This document shows positions 20,502 through 28,709 of a stretch of DNA of 64,000 bases, in pieces; position 1 is the stretch's first letter; each line of letters starts with the position of its first letter. The stretch covers positions 363-64,362 of the forward strand of contig CAKREH010000019.1 of the NCBI GenBank assembly GCA_934317215.1, given 5' to 3'. The position numbers were made by a program, and so were the translations under genes. This stretch comes from an uncultured Roseburia sp. GTDB taxonomy: Bacteria > Bacillota > Clostridia > Lachnospirales > Lachnospiraceae. The notes under the pieces were generated by a model, which searched no databases, was not told the DNA's origin, and was given only the letters and a program-made list of their open reading frames with translations.

Positions 20502-20816
20502 TCAAAGTAATCCGGCCCTGCTTAATTTTGCTTTCATCTTATCCATATCATCCACAAACACCAGGATCTCTGCCACAACATCATAGAGTTCCGGCGGTAT
20601 CGTATCTCCGATCTGCAATTTTGAAAGTGTTTCCGCCAGCTTATTATCCTGATAAAACGGCACATCATTTTCTTTTGCCTTCTCGATGATACGCTCTGCG
20701 ACTTCACCTTTTCCCGCTGCTAAAATCTTTGGTGCCGCATCACCCGGCTCATATGCAACCGCTACTGCAGTTTTTTGTTTTTTTTCCTGCTCTTTGTTTT
20801 TTCCATCAAACCACAT
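20502..20816 (-). CDS. FlhB C-terminal-domain-like protein (EscU/YscU/HrcU family; B. subtilis YlqH-like)
   Basis: AVAVAYEPGDAAPKILAAGKGEVAERIIEKAKENDVPFYQD..LA..L is typical of the FlhB/YlqH cytoplasmic domain. ATG 20816 follows an AGGAGG SD. Confidence 0.75.
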   Translation of the reverse strand: MWFDGKNKEQEKKQKTAVAVAYEPGDAAPKILAAGKGEVAERIIEKAKENDVPFYQDNKLAETLSKLQIGDTIPPELYDVVAEILVFVDDMDKMKAKLSRAGLL

Positions 20817-20834
20817 AACTGCCTCCTGCACTTT

Positions 20835-22910
20835 CTATGCACGCACATCAAAAGAGTATCTGTGGACCGTTCCTGCCTGCGGCATGTCACGCTGCAGAAA
20901 ATCTTCCACAAACTCAACCTTTTTCTCTTCTTTTGACATCGTAATACTGCATCGGTATCCCTTCTGTGCCAGACGTTTTTCCAGTACCGGAAGGTGCTTT
21001 TCAATCAGATCATAGGACGCGTCATCCACAATATAAAAATTGGTCTTTACATTTTTATCCTTCATGCGTATGGAAACGTCTGTGGAACCTAAATTATCAA
21101 GATCTAAATGTAAAAATGCAGTCAATTCCGCTTCCGGATCACTTAGATTCTTTTTGTTGGTGTACACATATAAATCTCCCGATGCATTCTGTCCTGATAA
21201 TTTGAGCGGAAGCTGCACATAAGTGTATACCTGGTTGATCTGGTTCATGAACTCCACATTGCCGCGAATATCTGCCGCCGTCTGTACAAAAGAATTCTGT
21301 GTGACGCCAGCAGCTTTCATCACATTTTCCATCTGTTTCATCTGATGATCCAGCCGCTCATAAAGATCACTGATCTTTGATGTCTCCTTCAGCTGTTCCG
21401 GTTCGAGCAGCCACTGTTTTTCAGCTCGGTTCTTTAAGATCGCAGCAAATTCCTTACTTCCAAATAATTTGGTCATTCCGGCAAATCCATACTCCCGGTT
21501 CTGTTTTAATGCATCTCTTAGCGTGTTCAAAAAATCTTCCGCCGTCATGGACTGCTTTAGCTTCACTTTCTGTTCCGTCTGTACAGGCTCAAATGTCTTC
21601 TTTGCCGCCTCATCCCCCGACATTGTATCTACAAATACATCTTCCTCTTCCTGCATTTCAAACAGTGACGTATTTCCAGTCAGTGTCGGTATATTCTGCA
21701 GTAAGCGTTTCAAATGATCCAGACCGTTCTGGTCTAAAATCTGCTCTAAAGTGTCTGTTTGTCTCTGCGCTGCATTTGTATCTGACTGCGTGGCATTCAA
21801 TGTATCCGCTGCATTTGTATCTGACTGCGTGATGTTTAACGTATCCGCTGCATTTGCACCTGACTGTGTGGCATTCAATGTATCCGCTGCATTTGTATCT
21901 GACTGTGTGATGTTTAACGTATCCGCTTCGTTTGCGGCAGTCTGAACACTCTGCGCCGCTGCATTTCCTGACAGCTGTTTCTCTGTAATATTCTCCGGAT
22001 TTTCTGTCCCAGTGTCTGTTATTGCAGTTCCCTGATTTTCTGCTGCCCCCATCGAAAGCAGATCTTTTGTATTCTGCTGCTGTACCTGTTTCTGCATGCC
22101 TTCTGCGGCTTCCCCATCTTTACTTTGCAATACAGCATCTTCCATCTGTATATTTTCTCCGGTATTTACCGTTGTTCCTCTATCGCTCTGCTGCAATCCA
22201 TCTGAGGTCTGTACCGGTGCTTCTCCCTCTCCGTTTAAGATATCCAAAACTTTTCCATATATTTCAAAAGACTGCGCATCCCCCATACTTTCATCGCCTA
22301 AAAGACGTCCGAGCTGATTCATCGCAAGTTCCATCTCATCCACGATTGCATGCTGGTCTGCCATATAATTTTCAAACTGCGATGCCATCTCCACACTGAC
22401 CGGCAGACCGATCTTTGTCATAAGCACCGCCGTATTTACATTGACATCCGGATTACTTCCTATAACCCGTCCCATGTCAAGAATACTCTGTCTGCTGATC
22501 GACATCTGTTCTTTCATCATGGAATCCACCATCGTAATATTCCGCTCTGTTGCCGGAACTCCAGCTGCTGTCAATGCATTTAAAAGGATCGGGTTATTGA
22601 TATTGCCCGCCTGAACATACGGACGAAGCGCGATCGTCGTCCCGTCATTCGAACGAACCTGGAAAAACATGGATTCTCCCGGCTGAATGGATACTTTTCC
22701 ATCGAGCCTTGCCGTGATTGTCTGCCCGTTTCCAAGCGCTAAGACAACCTTGCCATTTTTGACACTGTTGACCGTTCCCTCAAACGTGCTGCCCGGCTCT
22801 AATTCCTGCATGGATGACACCAGTTTCTGTGTTCCCTGCGCGCTCATAAGTTCCTCTGTTCCATTTTTGACATTCTGGCTGTACTGCCCCAACATATCTC
22901 TGATCTGCAT
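20835..22910 (-). CDS. FliK-like (flagellar hook-length control C-terminal domain) protein, YlqG-like, with an internal tandem repeat
   Basis: 691 aa. Low-complexity Q/T/N/A-rich centre. C-terminal Flg_hook-like segment (YVQLPLKLSGQNASGDLYVY...HLDLDNLGSTDVSI). Position matches B. subtilis ylqG. Confidence 0.6.
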   Translation of the reverse strand: MQIRDMLGQYSQNVKNGTEELMSAQGTQKLVSSMQELEPGSTFEGTVNSVKNGKVVLALGNGQTITARLDGKVSIQPGESMFFQVRSNDGTTIALRPYVQAGNINNPILLNALTAAGVPATERNITMVDSMMKEQMSISRQSILDMGRVIGSNPDVNVNTAVLMTKIGLPVSVEMASQFENYMADQHAIVDEMELAMNQLGRLLGDESMGDAQSFEIYGKVLDILNGEGEAPVQTSDGLQQSDRGTTVNTGENIQMEDAVLQSKDGEAAEGMQKQVQQQNTKDLLSMGAAENQGTAITDTGTENPENITEKQLSGNAAAQSVQTAANEADTLNITQSDTNAADTLNATQSGANAADTLNITQSDTNAADTLNATQSDTNAAQRQTDTLEQILDQNGLDHLKRLLQNIPTLTGNTSLFEMQEEEDVFVDTMSGDEAAKKTFEPVQTEQKVKLKQSMTAEDFLNTLRDALKQNREYGFAGMTKLFGSKEFAAILKNRAEKQWLLEPEQLKETSKISDLYERLDHQMKQMENVMKAAGVTQNSFVQTAADIRGNVEFMNQINQVYTYVQLPLKLSGQNASGDLYVYTNKKNLSDPEAELTAFLHLDLDNLGSTDVSIRMKDKNVKTNFYIVDDASYDLIEKHLPVLEKRLAQKGYRCSITMSKEEKKVEFVEDFLQRDMPQAGTVHRYSFDVRA
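21769..21924 (-). repeat. 4 x 39-bp in-frame tandem repeat (alternating A-B-A'-B', i.e. 2 x 78 bp) inside the FliK-like gene
   Basis: Units at 21769-21807, 21808-21846, 21847-21885 and 21886-21924 begin gctgcatttg... They encode ADTLN(I/A)TQS(D/G)(T/A)NA repeats. A degenerate fifth unit follows. Confidence 0.95.
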
Positions 22911-22941
22911 AACAAACCCTCATTCCAAAAAGTCTGACACT

Positions 22942-23757
22942 TCATTCTTCGATAAAATTATGGATAAAACTTCTGCGGTGGATCGGGGAAGGACCATATT
23001 TTTTTAATGCCGCAATATGCTCTGCCGAACCATAACCTTTGTTTGACGCAAACCCGTATTCCGGCAGGATCTTATCATATTCTACCATCAGCCTGTCTCT
23101 TGTCACCTTTGCGATAATGCTCGCTGCACCAATTGAAATGCTTTTTGCATCTCCTTTGATGATCGGCACCTGCGGAATAGTAACTTCCGGTATCGTCACC
23201 GCATCATTTAATAATATATCGGGTGCCTGGTCTAATTTACTTATAGCCTCACGCATTGCTTCATAGGTTGCCTGCAAAATATTGATCTCATCGATCCGCT
23301 GCGGGGATACCATACCGATCCCTGCTGCAACCGCCTTCTCCATAATCTCATCATAGAGTTCTTCCCGCTTTGCTGCCGTAAGTTTCTTTGAATCATTGAT
23401 ATAAAGGATATCACAGTCTTTTGGCAATATTACTGCCCCTGCAACAACAGGACCGGCAAGCGGTCCTCTTCCCACCTCATCAATTCCACAGATATACATG
23501 TACTGACCATACTTTCGCTCGTATTCCTGCAGATTCCAGATTCTTTTTCGTTCTTCTTCTAATTTCTGCAGTCTTTTTTTTGCCTGCTCTACGAGTTTTC
23601 TGACACCACTTCTCTCATCCGGCTCATATGCCGCAATAAAAGAAGGCAGCATTGTCTCTGTTGCCGCCTTTAATTCTTCTTTAATCTGTCCTATTTTTCG
23701 TTCTTCCATCTCTGACACTTCCATTTCTGCTGTCTGTATTTTCAAATCTATTGTCAT
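22942..23757 (-). CDS. rnhB: ribonuclease HII
   Basis: GIDEVGRGPLAGPVV catalytic motif and DSKKLT. Has a ~75-aa coiled N-terminal extension. ATGA overlap with lepB. Confidence 0.9.
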   Translation of the reverse strand: MTIDLKIQTAEMEVSEMEERKIGQIKEELKAATETMLPSFIAAYEPDERSGVRKLVEQAKKRLQKLEEERKRIWNLQEYERKYGQYMYICGIDEVGRGPLAGPVVAGAVILPKDCDILYINDSKKLTAAKREELYDEIMEKAVAAGIGMVSPQRIDEINILQATYEAMREAISKLDQAPDILLNDAVTIPEVTIPQVPIIKGDAKSISIGAASIIAKVTRDRLMVEYDKILPEYGFASNKGYGSAEHIAALKKYGPSPIHRRSFIHNFIEE

Positions 23758-24293
23758 GAGCCATGTTTTAAAAAGCCGATCTGATCAAACGGATAGATAC
23801 GAAGCCATGCGCGTCCTATGATCCTGCCTTTTTCAATCAGTCCCACTTCCGCCGTACGGCTGTCCATGCTGTCGTTCCGGTTATCACCCAGCACAAAATA
23901 TTCCTCTGCTCCAAGCTGTATCCCGTCTTTAGCCAGCCCGGAGTCCCGTATCACTTCTTTTCCATATGATTCCAGAAGCTTTTCGCCATTGATATAAATG
24001 AATCCATCCTCATCGATCCGCACATTCTCCCCTGGCAGTCCGATGATCCGCTTGATAAAATATCTGCCATCTTCCTGTGGAAATACAATGATATCAAATC
24101 TGTCCGGATCATGGATGCGATAGGACAGTTTATCCACGATCAGATTATCTCCATCGGAAAGTGTCGGCTGCATGGAAACACCGTTTACAACCGTGCGCTG
24201 TCCCACAAAATGGATAAGTAAAAATGTGATACCCGCCACCAGTGCAAAATACAGGATAATTTCAAACACTGCCCTGATATCCGTCTGTCTCAT
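23754..24293 (-). CDS. lepB: signal peptidase I
   Basis: N-terminal TM, NGVSMQPTL (catalytic Ser), KRIIGLPGE (Lys) and VLGDNRNDSMDSR boxes. Confidence 0.9.
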   Translation of the reverse strand: MRQTDIRAVFEIILYFALVAGITFLLIHFVGQRTVVNGVSMQPTLSDGDNLIVDKLSYRIHDPDRFDIIVFPQEDGRYFIKRIIGLPGENVRIDEDGFIYINGEKLLESYGKEVIRDSGLAKDGIQLGAEEYFVLGDNRNDSMDSRTAEVGLIEKGRIIGRAWLRIYPFDQIGFLKHGS

Positions 24294-25153
24294 TCTGCAC
24301 TGCCATCCTGCATCTTCGGACGCTCCAGCGTGATCTGTCCCAGTTTTCCGCTCCGGAATTCATCAATCAAAAGTGCTGCCGCCTTGCTGTAATCTAACTC
24401 TCCGCCCTTTGAGATGCACTTTCTGTTTTCTGCGATCTGCCCTAAAATCACTGGCGGCTCTATGTTCTCCTCCACACTATAGCGTTCCTTTAGTACACCC
24501 GGATAATCGTTTAACAGTATTTTTATCAGTTCTAATGACAATTCATCAATGTTTAAGATCTCATCTTTGATTGCACCGATCAGGGCTAAATAAAGACCAA
24601 CTCTCTGATCTTCAAATTTAGGCCAGAGAATCCCAGGTGTATCTAACAGTTCCACATTCTTATTGAGACGTATCCACTGTTTTCCTTTCGTCACACCCGG
24701 TTTATTTCCGGTCTTCGCACATGCCTTTCCGGCATAGGAATTGATAAATGTTGATTTGCCGACATTCGGAATACCAACAACCATCGCACGAACCGGACGG
24801 TTTTTGATTCCTCTTTTGCGGTCACGCTCAATTTTTTCCCTGCAGGCCTCCATCACAACATTTGTTACATCCTTCATTCCCGCCTTGCTCCTCGCATCCA
24901 GACAGACAACAAAATAACCTTTTTTCTGAAAGAAATCCGACCACTCCCGGTTTCTTCTTGCATCTGACAGGTCTGATTTGTTCATCAGAATCAGCCTTGC
25001 CTTATTTTTTCCAAGTTCGTCAATGTCCGGATTACGGCTTGCGAGCGGTATTCTCGCATCCACCAGTTCAATGACTAAATCAATCAGTTTTATATCTTCC
25101 TGCATCTGACGTTTTGCTTTTGTCATATGCCCAGGGTACCATTGAAATTGCAT
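24290..25153 (-). CDS. rbgA: ribosome biogenesis GTPase RbgA (YlqF)
   Basis: MQFQWYPGHMTKAKR N-terminus. Circularly permuted GTPase motif order (NKSDL ... GIPNVGKST). ATG 25153 follows GGAGGA. Confidence 0.95.
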   Translation of the reverse strand: MQFQWYPGHMTKAKRQMQEDIKLIDLVIELVDARIPLASRNPDIDELGKNKARLILMNKSDLSDARRNREWSDFFQKKGYFVVCLDARSKAGMKDVTNVVMEACREKIERDRKRGIKNRPVRAMVVGIPNVGKSTFINSYAGKACAKTGNKPGVTKGKQWIRLNKNVELLDTPGILWPKFEDQRVGLYLALIGAIKDEILNIDELSLELIKILLNDYPGVLKERYSVEENIEPPVILGQIAENRKCISKGGELDYSKAAALLIDEFRSGKLGQITLERPKMQDGSAE

Positions 25154-25210
25154 ATTTTCCTCCATTTTCGTCAGTGAAACGCAAATTGTTTCACATCTGT
25201 ATCTGTTTTT

Positions 25211-25795
25211 TTATAAAAATCCAAGTTCCGAGAACGGTGCAATCCGAAACCAGGCTTTTCCTATAATATAGTCCTTCTTAATATTTCCAATATTTGCATA
25301 GCGGCTGTCCTCACTGTTATTGCGGTTATCTCCCAGAACAAAATATTCATCCTGGCCTAACGTAATCTCCTCCGCCGCCAGTCCCGCATCCTCAATGGAC
25401 GACACATCCGTCTCCTCATCAAACGCTTTTCCGTTGACATACACCGTTCCATTTCTGATCTGTACGGTATCTCCCGGAACACCTATGACACGCTTTACAT
25501 AGTAATGTGATTTTTCATTTCCATTTGGCAAAAATACGACAATATCATTCGTTTTCGGATCCGTGACTTTATAAACAAAACGGTTTACTAAAATCTGATC
25601 TCCGCCATTTAATGTCTTAGACATTGACTGTCCTACCACACTTGTTCTAAGTCCGATAAAATAAACAAACGTAAATGCAATGAGTAATGTGAGTGCTATT
25701 TCTACTGTCCATGACAAAACCTCTTTTACCACTGCAAAATTGATTTTCTTCTTCCGTCTTCCAAAGTTCAGACCACTTTTTCTTCGTCTTACCAC
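25211..25795 (-). CDS. lepB: signal peptidase I (second paralog)
   Basis: GQSMSKTL, KRVIGVPGD and VLGDNRNNSEDSR boxes, with an N-terminal basic segment and TM. Confidence 0.9.
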   Translation of the reverse strand: MVRRRKSGLNFGRRKKKINFAVVKEVLSWTVEIALTLLIAFTFVYFIGLRTSVVGQSMSKTLNGGDQILVNRFVYKVTDPKTNDIVVFLPNGNEKSHYYVKRVIGVPGDTVQIRNGTVYVNGKAFDEETDVSSIEDAGLAAEEITLGQDEYFVLGDNRNNSEDSRYANIGNIKKDYIIGKAWFRIAPFSELGFL

Positions 25796-25880
25796 GTCCG
25801 TTTTCCTTTCCCCAAGATGTACCCGTATACTTTATCACAAAATACTGCACTTCGTAAACCATATCCGTTAAGATAAGAAT

Positions 25881-25918
25881 AAAAAACCGCCCCGCCGTGT
25901 TTCCACCTGCAGGGCAGC
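25881..25918 (-). terminator. rho-independent terminator after trpS
   Basis: Minus strand GC-rich stem (GCUGCCC...GGGCGGU) followed by UUUUUUAUU. Confidence 0.6.
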
Positions 25919-25930
25919 TTTTCATGTTTT

Positions 25931-27016
25931 TTACTTAAATTTTTCCACCTGTTCCTCTAAGAACTCCGGTGTATCAAAATAGTCGATCTTCATCGCATGT
26001 TTTACTTCAGCAAGCGTTTTTTCTGCTTCATGTTTTGCAGTCTCGCTGCCTTTCTTTAAAATGTCATACACATCACCAATACGGCTTTCGTATTCTTTTC
26101 TGCGTGCACGGATCGGAGAAAGTTCTTCCTGCATAACATTGTTTAAGAATTTCTTCACCTTGACATCACCGAGACCACCGCGTGTATAGTGGTCTTTTAA
26201 CTCCTGTAAGCAGGAATATTCCGGAAGATATTCTGCGAAATGTCCGTCATTACAGAACGCATCCAGATAGGTAAATACCGTGTTGCCCTCAAGGTTACCC
26301 GGATCTTCGATACGGATATGATTTGGATCGGTATACATGGACATGATCTTTTTCTTTACATCTGCTTCCGGCTCGGAGAGATAGATGCAGTTACCGAGTG
26401 ATTTACTCATCTTCGCCTTTCCGTCGGTACCCGGAAGTCTCAAACACGCCTTATTTTCCGGCAGCAAGATCTGCGGATCCGTCAGTGTCTCGCCGTATAC
26501 GGCATTAAACTTGTGCACGATCTCCTTTGTCTGCTCAAGCATCGGCATCTGGTCTTCACCGACCGGAACTGTCGTTGCATGGAATGCAGTGATATCTGCC
26601 GCCTGGCTGATCGGATAACAGAAAAATCCAACCGGGATGCTTGTCTCAAAGTTACGCATCTGAATCTCTGATTTCACGGTAGGATTGCGCTGTAATCTTG
26701 ATACCGTAACGAGGTTCATATAATAAAATGTCAGCTCCGTCAATTCTGTTACATAAGACTGGATAAAGATATCAGACTTCGCCGGATCGATTCCTACAGA
26801 AAGATAATCGAGTGCCACTTCCATGATATTATTGCGCACTTTTGCAGGGTTGTCTGCATTGTCGGTAAGTGCCTGTGCATCTGCGATCATAATAAAGATC
26901 TTGTCATATTCACCGGAATTCTGAAGTTCAACTCTCCGCTTTAAAGAGCCTGCATAATGTCCCACATGTAATTTGCCTGTCGGGCGGTCGCCCGTTAAAA
27001 TAATTTTCTGTGCCAT
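25931..27016 (-). CDS. trpS: tryptophan--tRNA ligase
   Basis: TGDRPTGKLHVGHYAGS (HIGH) and KMSKS motifs. ATG 27016 lies downstream of the predicted promoter. ORF-track start 27058 lies upstream of the predicted TSS. Confidence 0.95.
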   Translation of the reverse strand: MAQKIILTGDRPTGKLHVGHYAGSLKRRVELQNSGEYDKIFIMIADAQALTDNADNPAKVRNNIMEVALDYLSVGIDPAKSDIFIQSYVTELTELTFYYMNLVTVSRLQRNPTVKSEIQMRNFETSIPVGFFCYPISQAADITAFHATTVPVGEDQMPMLEQTKEIVHKFNAVYGETLTDPQILLPENKACLRLPGTDGKAKMSKSLGNCIYLSEPEADVKKKIMSMYTDPNHIRIEDPGNLEGNTVFTYLDAFCNDGHFAEYLPEYSCLQELKDHYTRGGLGDVKVKKFLNNVMQEELSPIRARRKEYESRIGDVYDILKKGSETAKHEAEKTLAEVKHAMKIDYFDTPEFLEEQVEKFK

Positions 27017-27049
27017 ATTTTTTCCCCTGTCAAACATATTTCTGTGTCT

Positions 27050-27078
27050 ATTATACACGTTTTGTTCCCGTGATTCAA
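27050..27078 (-). promoter_or_regulatory. sigma-A-type promoter of trpS
   Basis: Minus strand TTGAAT-17 nt-TATAAT, about 35 nt upstream of the ATG. Confidence 0.6.
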
Positions 27079-27115
27079 TTTATTCTTTTACATATGGGTA
27101 ATCTGCTGCTGGTCA

Positions 27116-27152
27116 GACGCAAGCTTGACACTTTGCTGTCAAGCTATGCGCC
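27116..27152 (-). other. strong hairpin (about 15 bp, 1 bulge) without a U-tail
   Basis: agcttgaca-ctttgc-tgtcaagct, extended by gacgca/tgcgcc arms. Lies between the receiver gene and the trpS promoter. Confidence 0.8.
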
Positions 27153-27170
27153 GTAGTGTATATTATTGTG

Positions 27171-27218
27171 AGATTACAGCCCCTGCCTCGAAGAGGCACT
27201 TTTCATGGGCTGTAATCT
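27171..27218 (-). terminator. long hairpin 5 nt downstream of the receiver gene stop; possible atypical terminator
   Basis: 12-bp outer stem agattacagccc/gggctgtaatct plus an inner gcctc-gaa-gaggc stem. No clear U-tract follows on the minus strand. Confidence 0.4.
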
Positions 27219-27223
27219 CTATA

Positions 27224-27598
27224 TCAGTCTTCCCTTAAAACACGGCTGATCTGAAGACGCGCCTGCTTTGCATCGACCGGTTTTAGAAGAAATCCGTCTG
27301 CGCCCAACTGTTCTGCAAGTTCCTGATCCTCTTTCCTGTCGCTCATAGTGAGTACGATCACCGGAATCTTTTGAAACACCCCGGACTCCTGCCTTCTCCG
27401 CAGCACCTCGAATCCATCCATCCCTGGCATCACAATATCCAAAAGTACTGCATCGATCTTCCCGGCACTGTGTTCTACCAGATCGAGACATTCCTGTCCG
27501 CCCGATGTCTCCACCACATCATAGATATCTTTTAAATTTTCTTTTAAAATCACTCTCTGAAGTTTTGAATCATCTGCAATCAATACTGTATATCTCAC
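27224..27598 (-). CDS. single-domain response regulator (CheY-like receiver)
   Basis: 124 aa. Contains IADD, LLDIVMPGMDG (phospho-acceptor Asp), VLT and LLKP. All canonical receiver residues are present and there is no output domain. Confidence 0.9.
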   Translation of the reverse strand: MRYTVLIADDSKLQRVILKENLKDIYDVVETSGGQECLDLVEHSAGKIDAVLLDIVMPGMDGFEVLRRRQESGVFQKIPVIVLTMSDRKEDQELAEQLGADGFLLKPVDAKQARLQISRVLRED

Positions 27599-27686
27599 AA
27601 TGTCACCTATGCATATTTTCTTCTGTATTTTCTTTTATTCTGCCATAGAATGACCTGTAGTTCAACTGTCCTTTTTTCCCAGTATT

Positions 27687-28517
27687 TTATATGGAATAAT
27701 CAAAAGACCCTCCGACTGCTTTTTCTTCTTTTGTCATCACGGAATCTGCCCTGCTTTCATAAATCACATTGTCTATTTTTTTCAGCAGTTCTTCCCATGA
27801 GGAAGCCGAGACCGTCACTTTATCCGTATCCAATGTCTTTTCTGTATCTTTCGCCTTACCGGTACCATCTGTCTTTCCCTTCTTATCTGTCTGGTCCGCC
27901 TTTTTTCCTTCCGCACGTTTCTCCTGTGCTTCCTTCTGCGCTTTCTTTTTCTCTTTTGCTGCAGCTTCTTTTTTGTCCGCGATACGTTCTCTCTGGGATG
28001 CAAGTGATTTGTCCACAACCGCAAAAAATGATGCGTTTCCGTGATCATCAAATGTCATTCCAAAAGAGCTTACCGAATCGGCTTTCGAGCCAAGACTGTC
28101 TTTCATCTGATTTAGCCGGGAAGCTGCATTGTTTAAAATCCCCTCATATTTTGCACGGTACTCCTCATCCTCCGCCATCTTTTCGATCTTGTCAGAATCG
28201 ATTAAAACAAGAAGTTCCTTAGAACTCTGGTACATGCCTTTTTTGCTCTCCGCTTCCTCTTTTTTCTCAGGAGAGACAAGAATAAAATCCATGTTGGAAT
28301 ATTTTGCTTTTAATTTTTCATAATACTTCTTAGCCTTATCGCTTAAAACCGGATCACCGATCGTTCTGCCGCTCACCTTGCTTTTCTTTGCGGTCTTGTC
28401 GGTCTCTTTAGTGCCGTCGGTCTTTTTATTGTTGTCTGTCTTTTTGTTGTATTCTGTGCGGTATGAATAGTCCGCTGCATAAGAATTTAATGCACTGTTA
28501 CTGCTGATCTCGCTCAT
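27687..28517 (-). CDS. hypothetical Lys/Glu-rich protein
   Basis: 276-aa ORF with a good coding look in its central part (DFILVSPEKK...LVLIDSDKIEKMAEDEEYRAKYEGILNNA). K/T/D-rich low-complexity flanks. I recognise no family. Confidence 0.6.
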   Translation of the reverse strand: MSEISSNSALNSYAADYSYRTEYNKKTDNNKKTDGTKETDKTAKKSKVSGRTIGDPVLSDKAKKYYEKLKAKYSNMDFILVSPEKKEEAESKKGMYQSSKELLVLIDSDKIEKMAEDEEYRAKYEGILNNAASRLNQMKDSLGSKADSVSSFGMTFDDHGNASFFAVVDKSLASQRERIADKKEAAAKEKKKAQKEAQEKRAEGKKADQTDKKGKTDGTGKAKDTEKTLDTDKVTVSASSWEELLKKIDNVIYESRADSVMTKEEKAVGGSFDYSI

Positions 28518-28709
28518 ATGAATCCCCTTTCTTCCATGAAAAATCTGTTTTCGCCTTCTAATTCCATTTATCCGGCAACTTTTGTTTCTATTATGCTTAT
28601 CGGCTCATTTGGGAATTAATTTATATGGATACAGACTTGACTTTTTTGCGGGAGCAGATACACTGTATAACAGCAAAACATATTATATATTGGAAAGAAG
28701 TGTTTACAA

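Noticed and set aside
21751-21945. 64-aa plus-strand ORF over the tandem repeat
   Set aside because: It is the antisense reading of the in-frame 39-bp repeats of the FliK-like gene. Its periodic sequence is a by-product of the repeat.
27059-27223. T-box riboswitch leader upstream of trpS
   Set aside because: There is no match to the T-box core (AANNNGGGTGGTACCGCG) on either strand, and no specifier-loop or Stem I features. A near-consensus promoter sits only ~35 nt from the ATG, so the hairpins lie upstream of the predicted transcription start.
27650-28222. 190-aa plus-strand ORF and other ORFs antisense to the Lys-rich gene
   Set aside because: These are low-complexity Ser/Phe/Leu/Pro-rich shadows of a K/E-rich gene on the opposite strand, and they have no SD.
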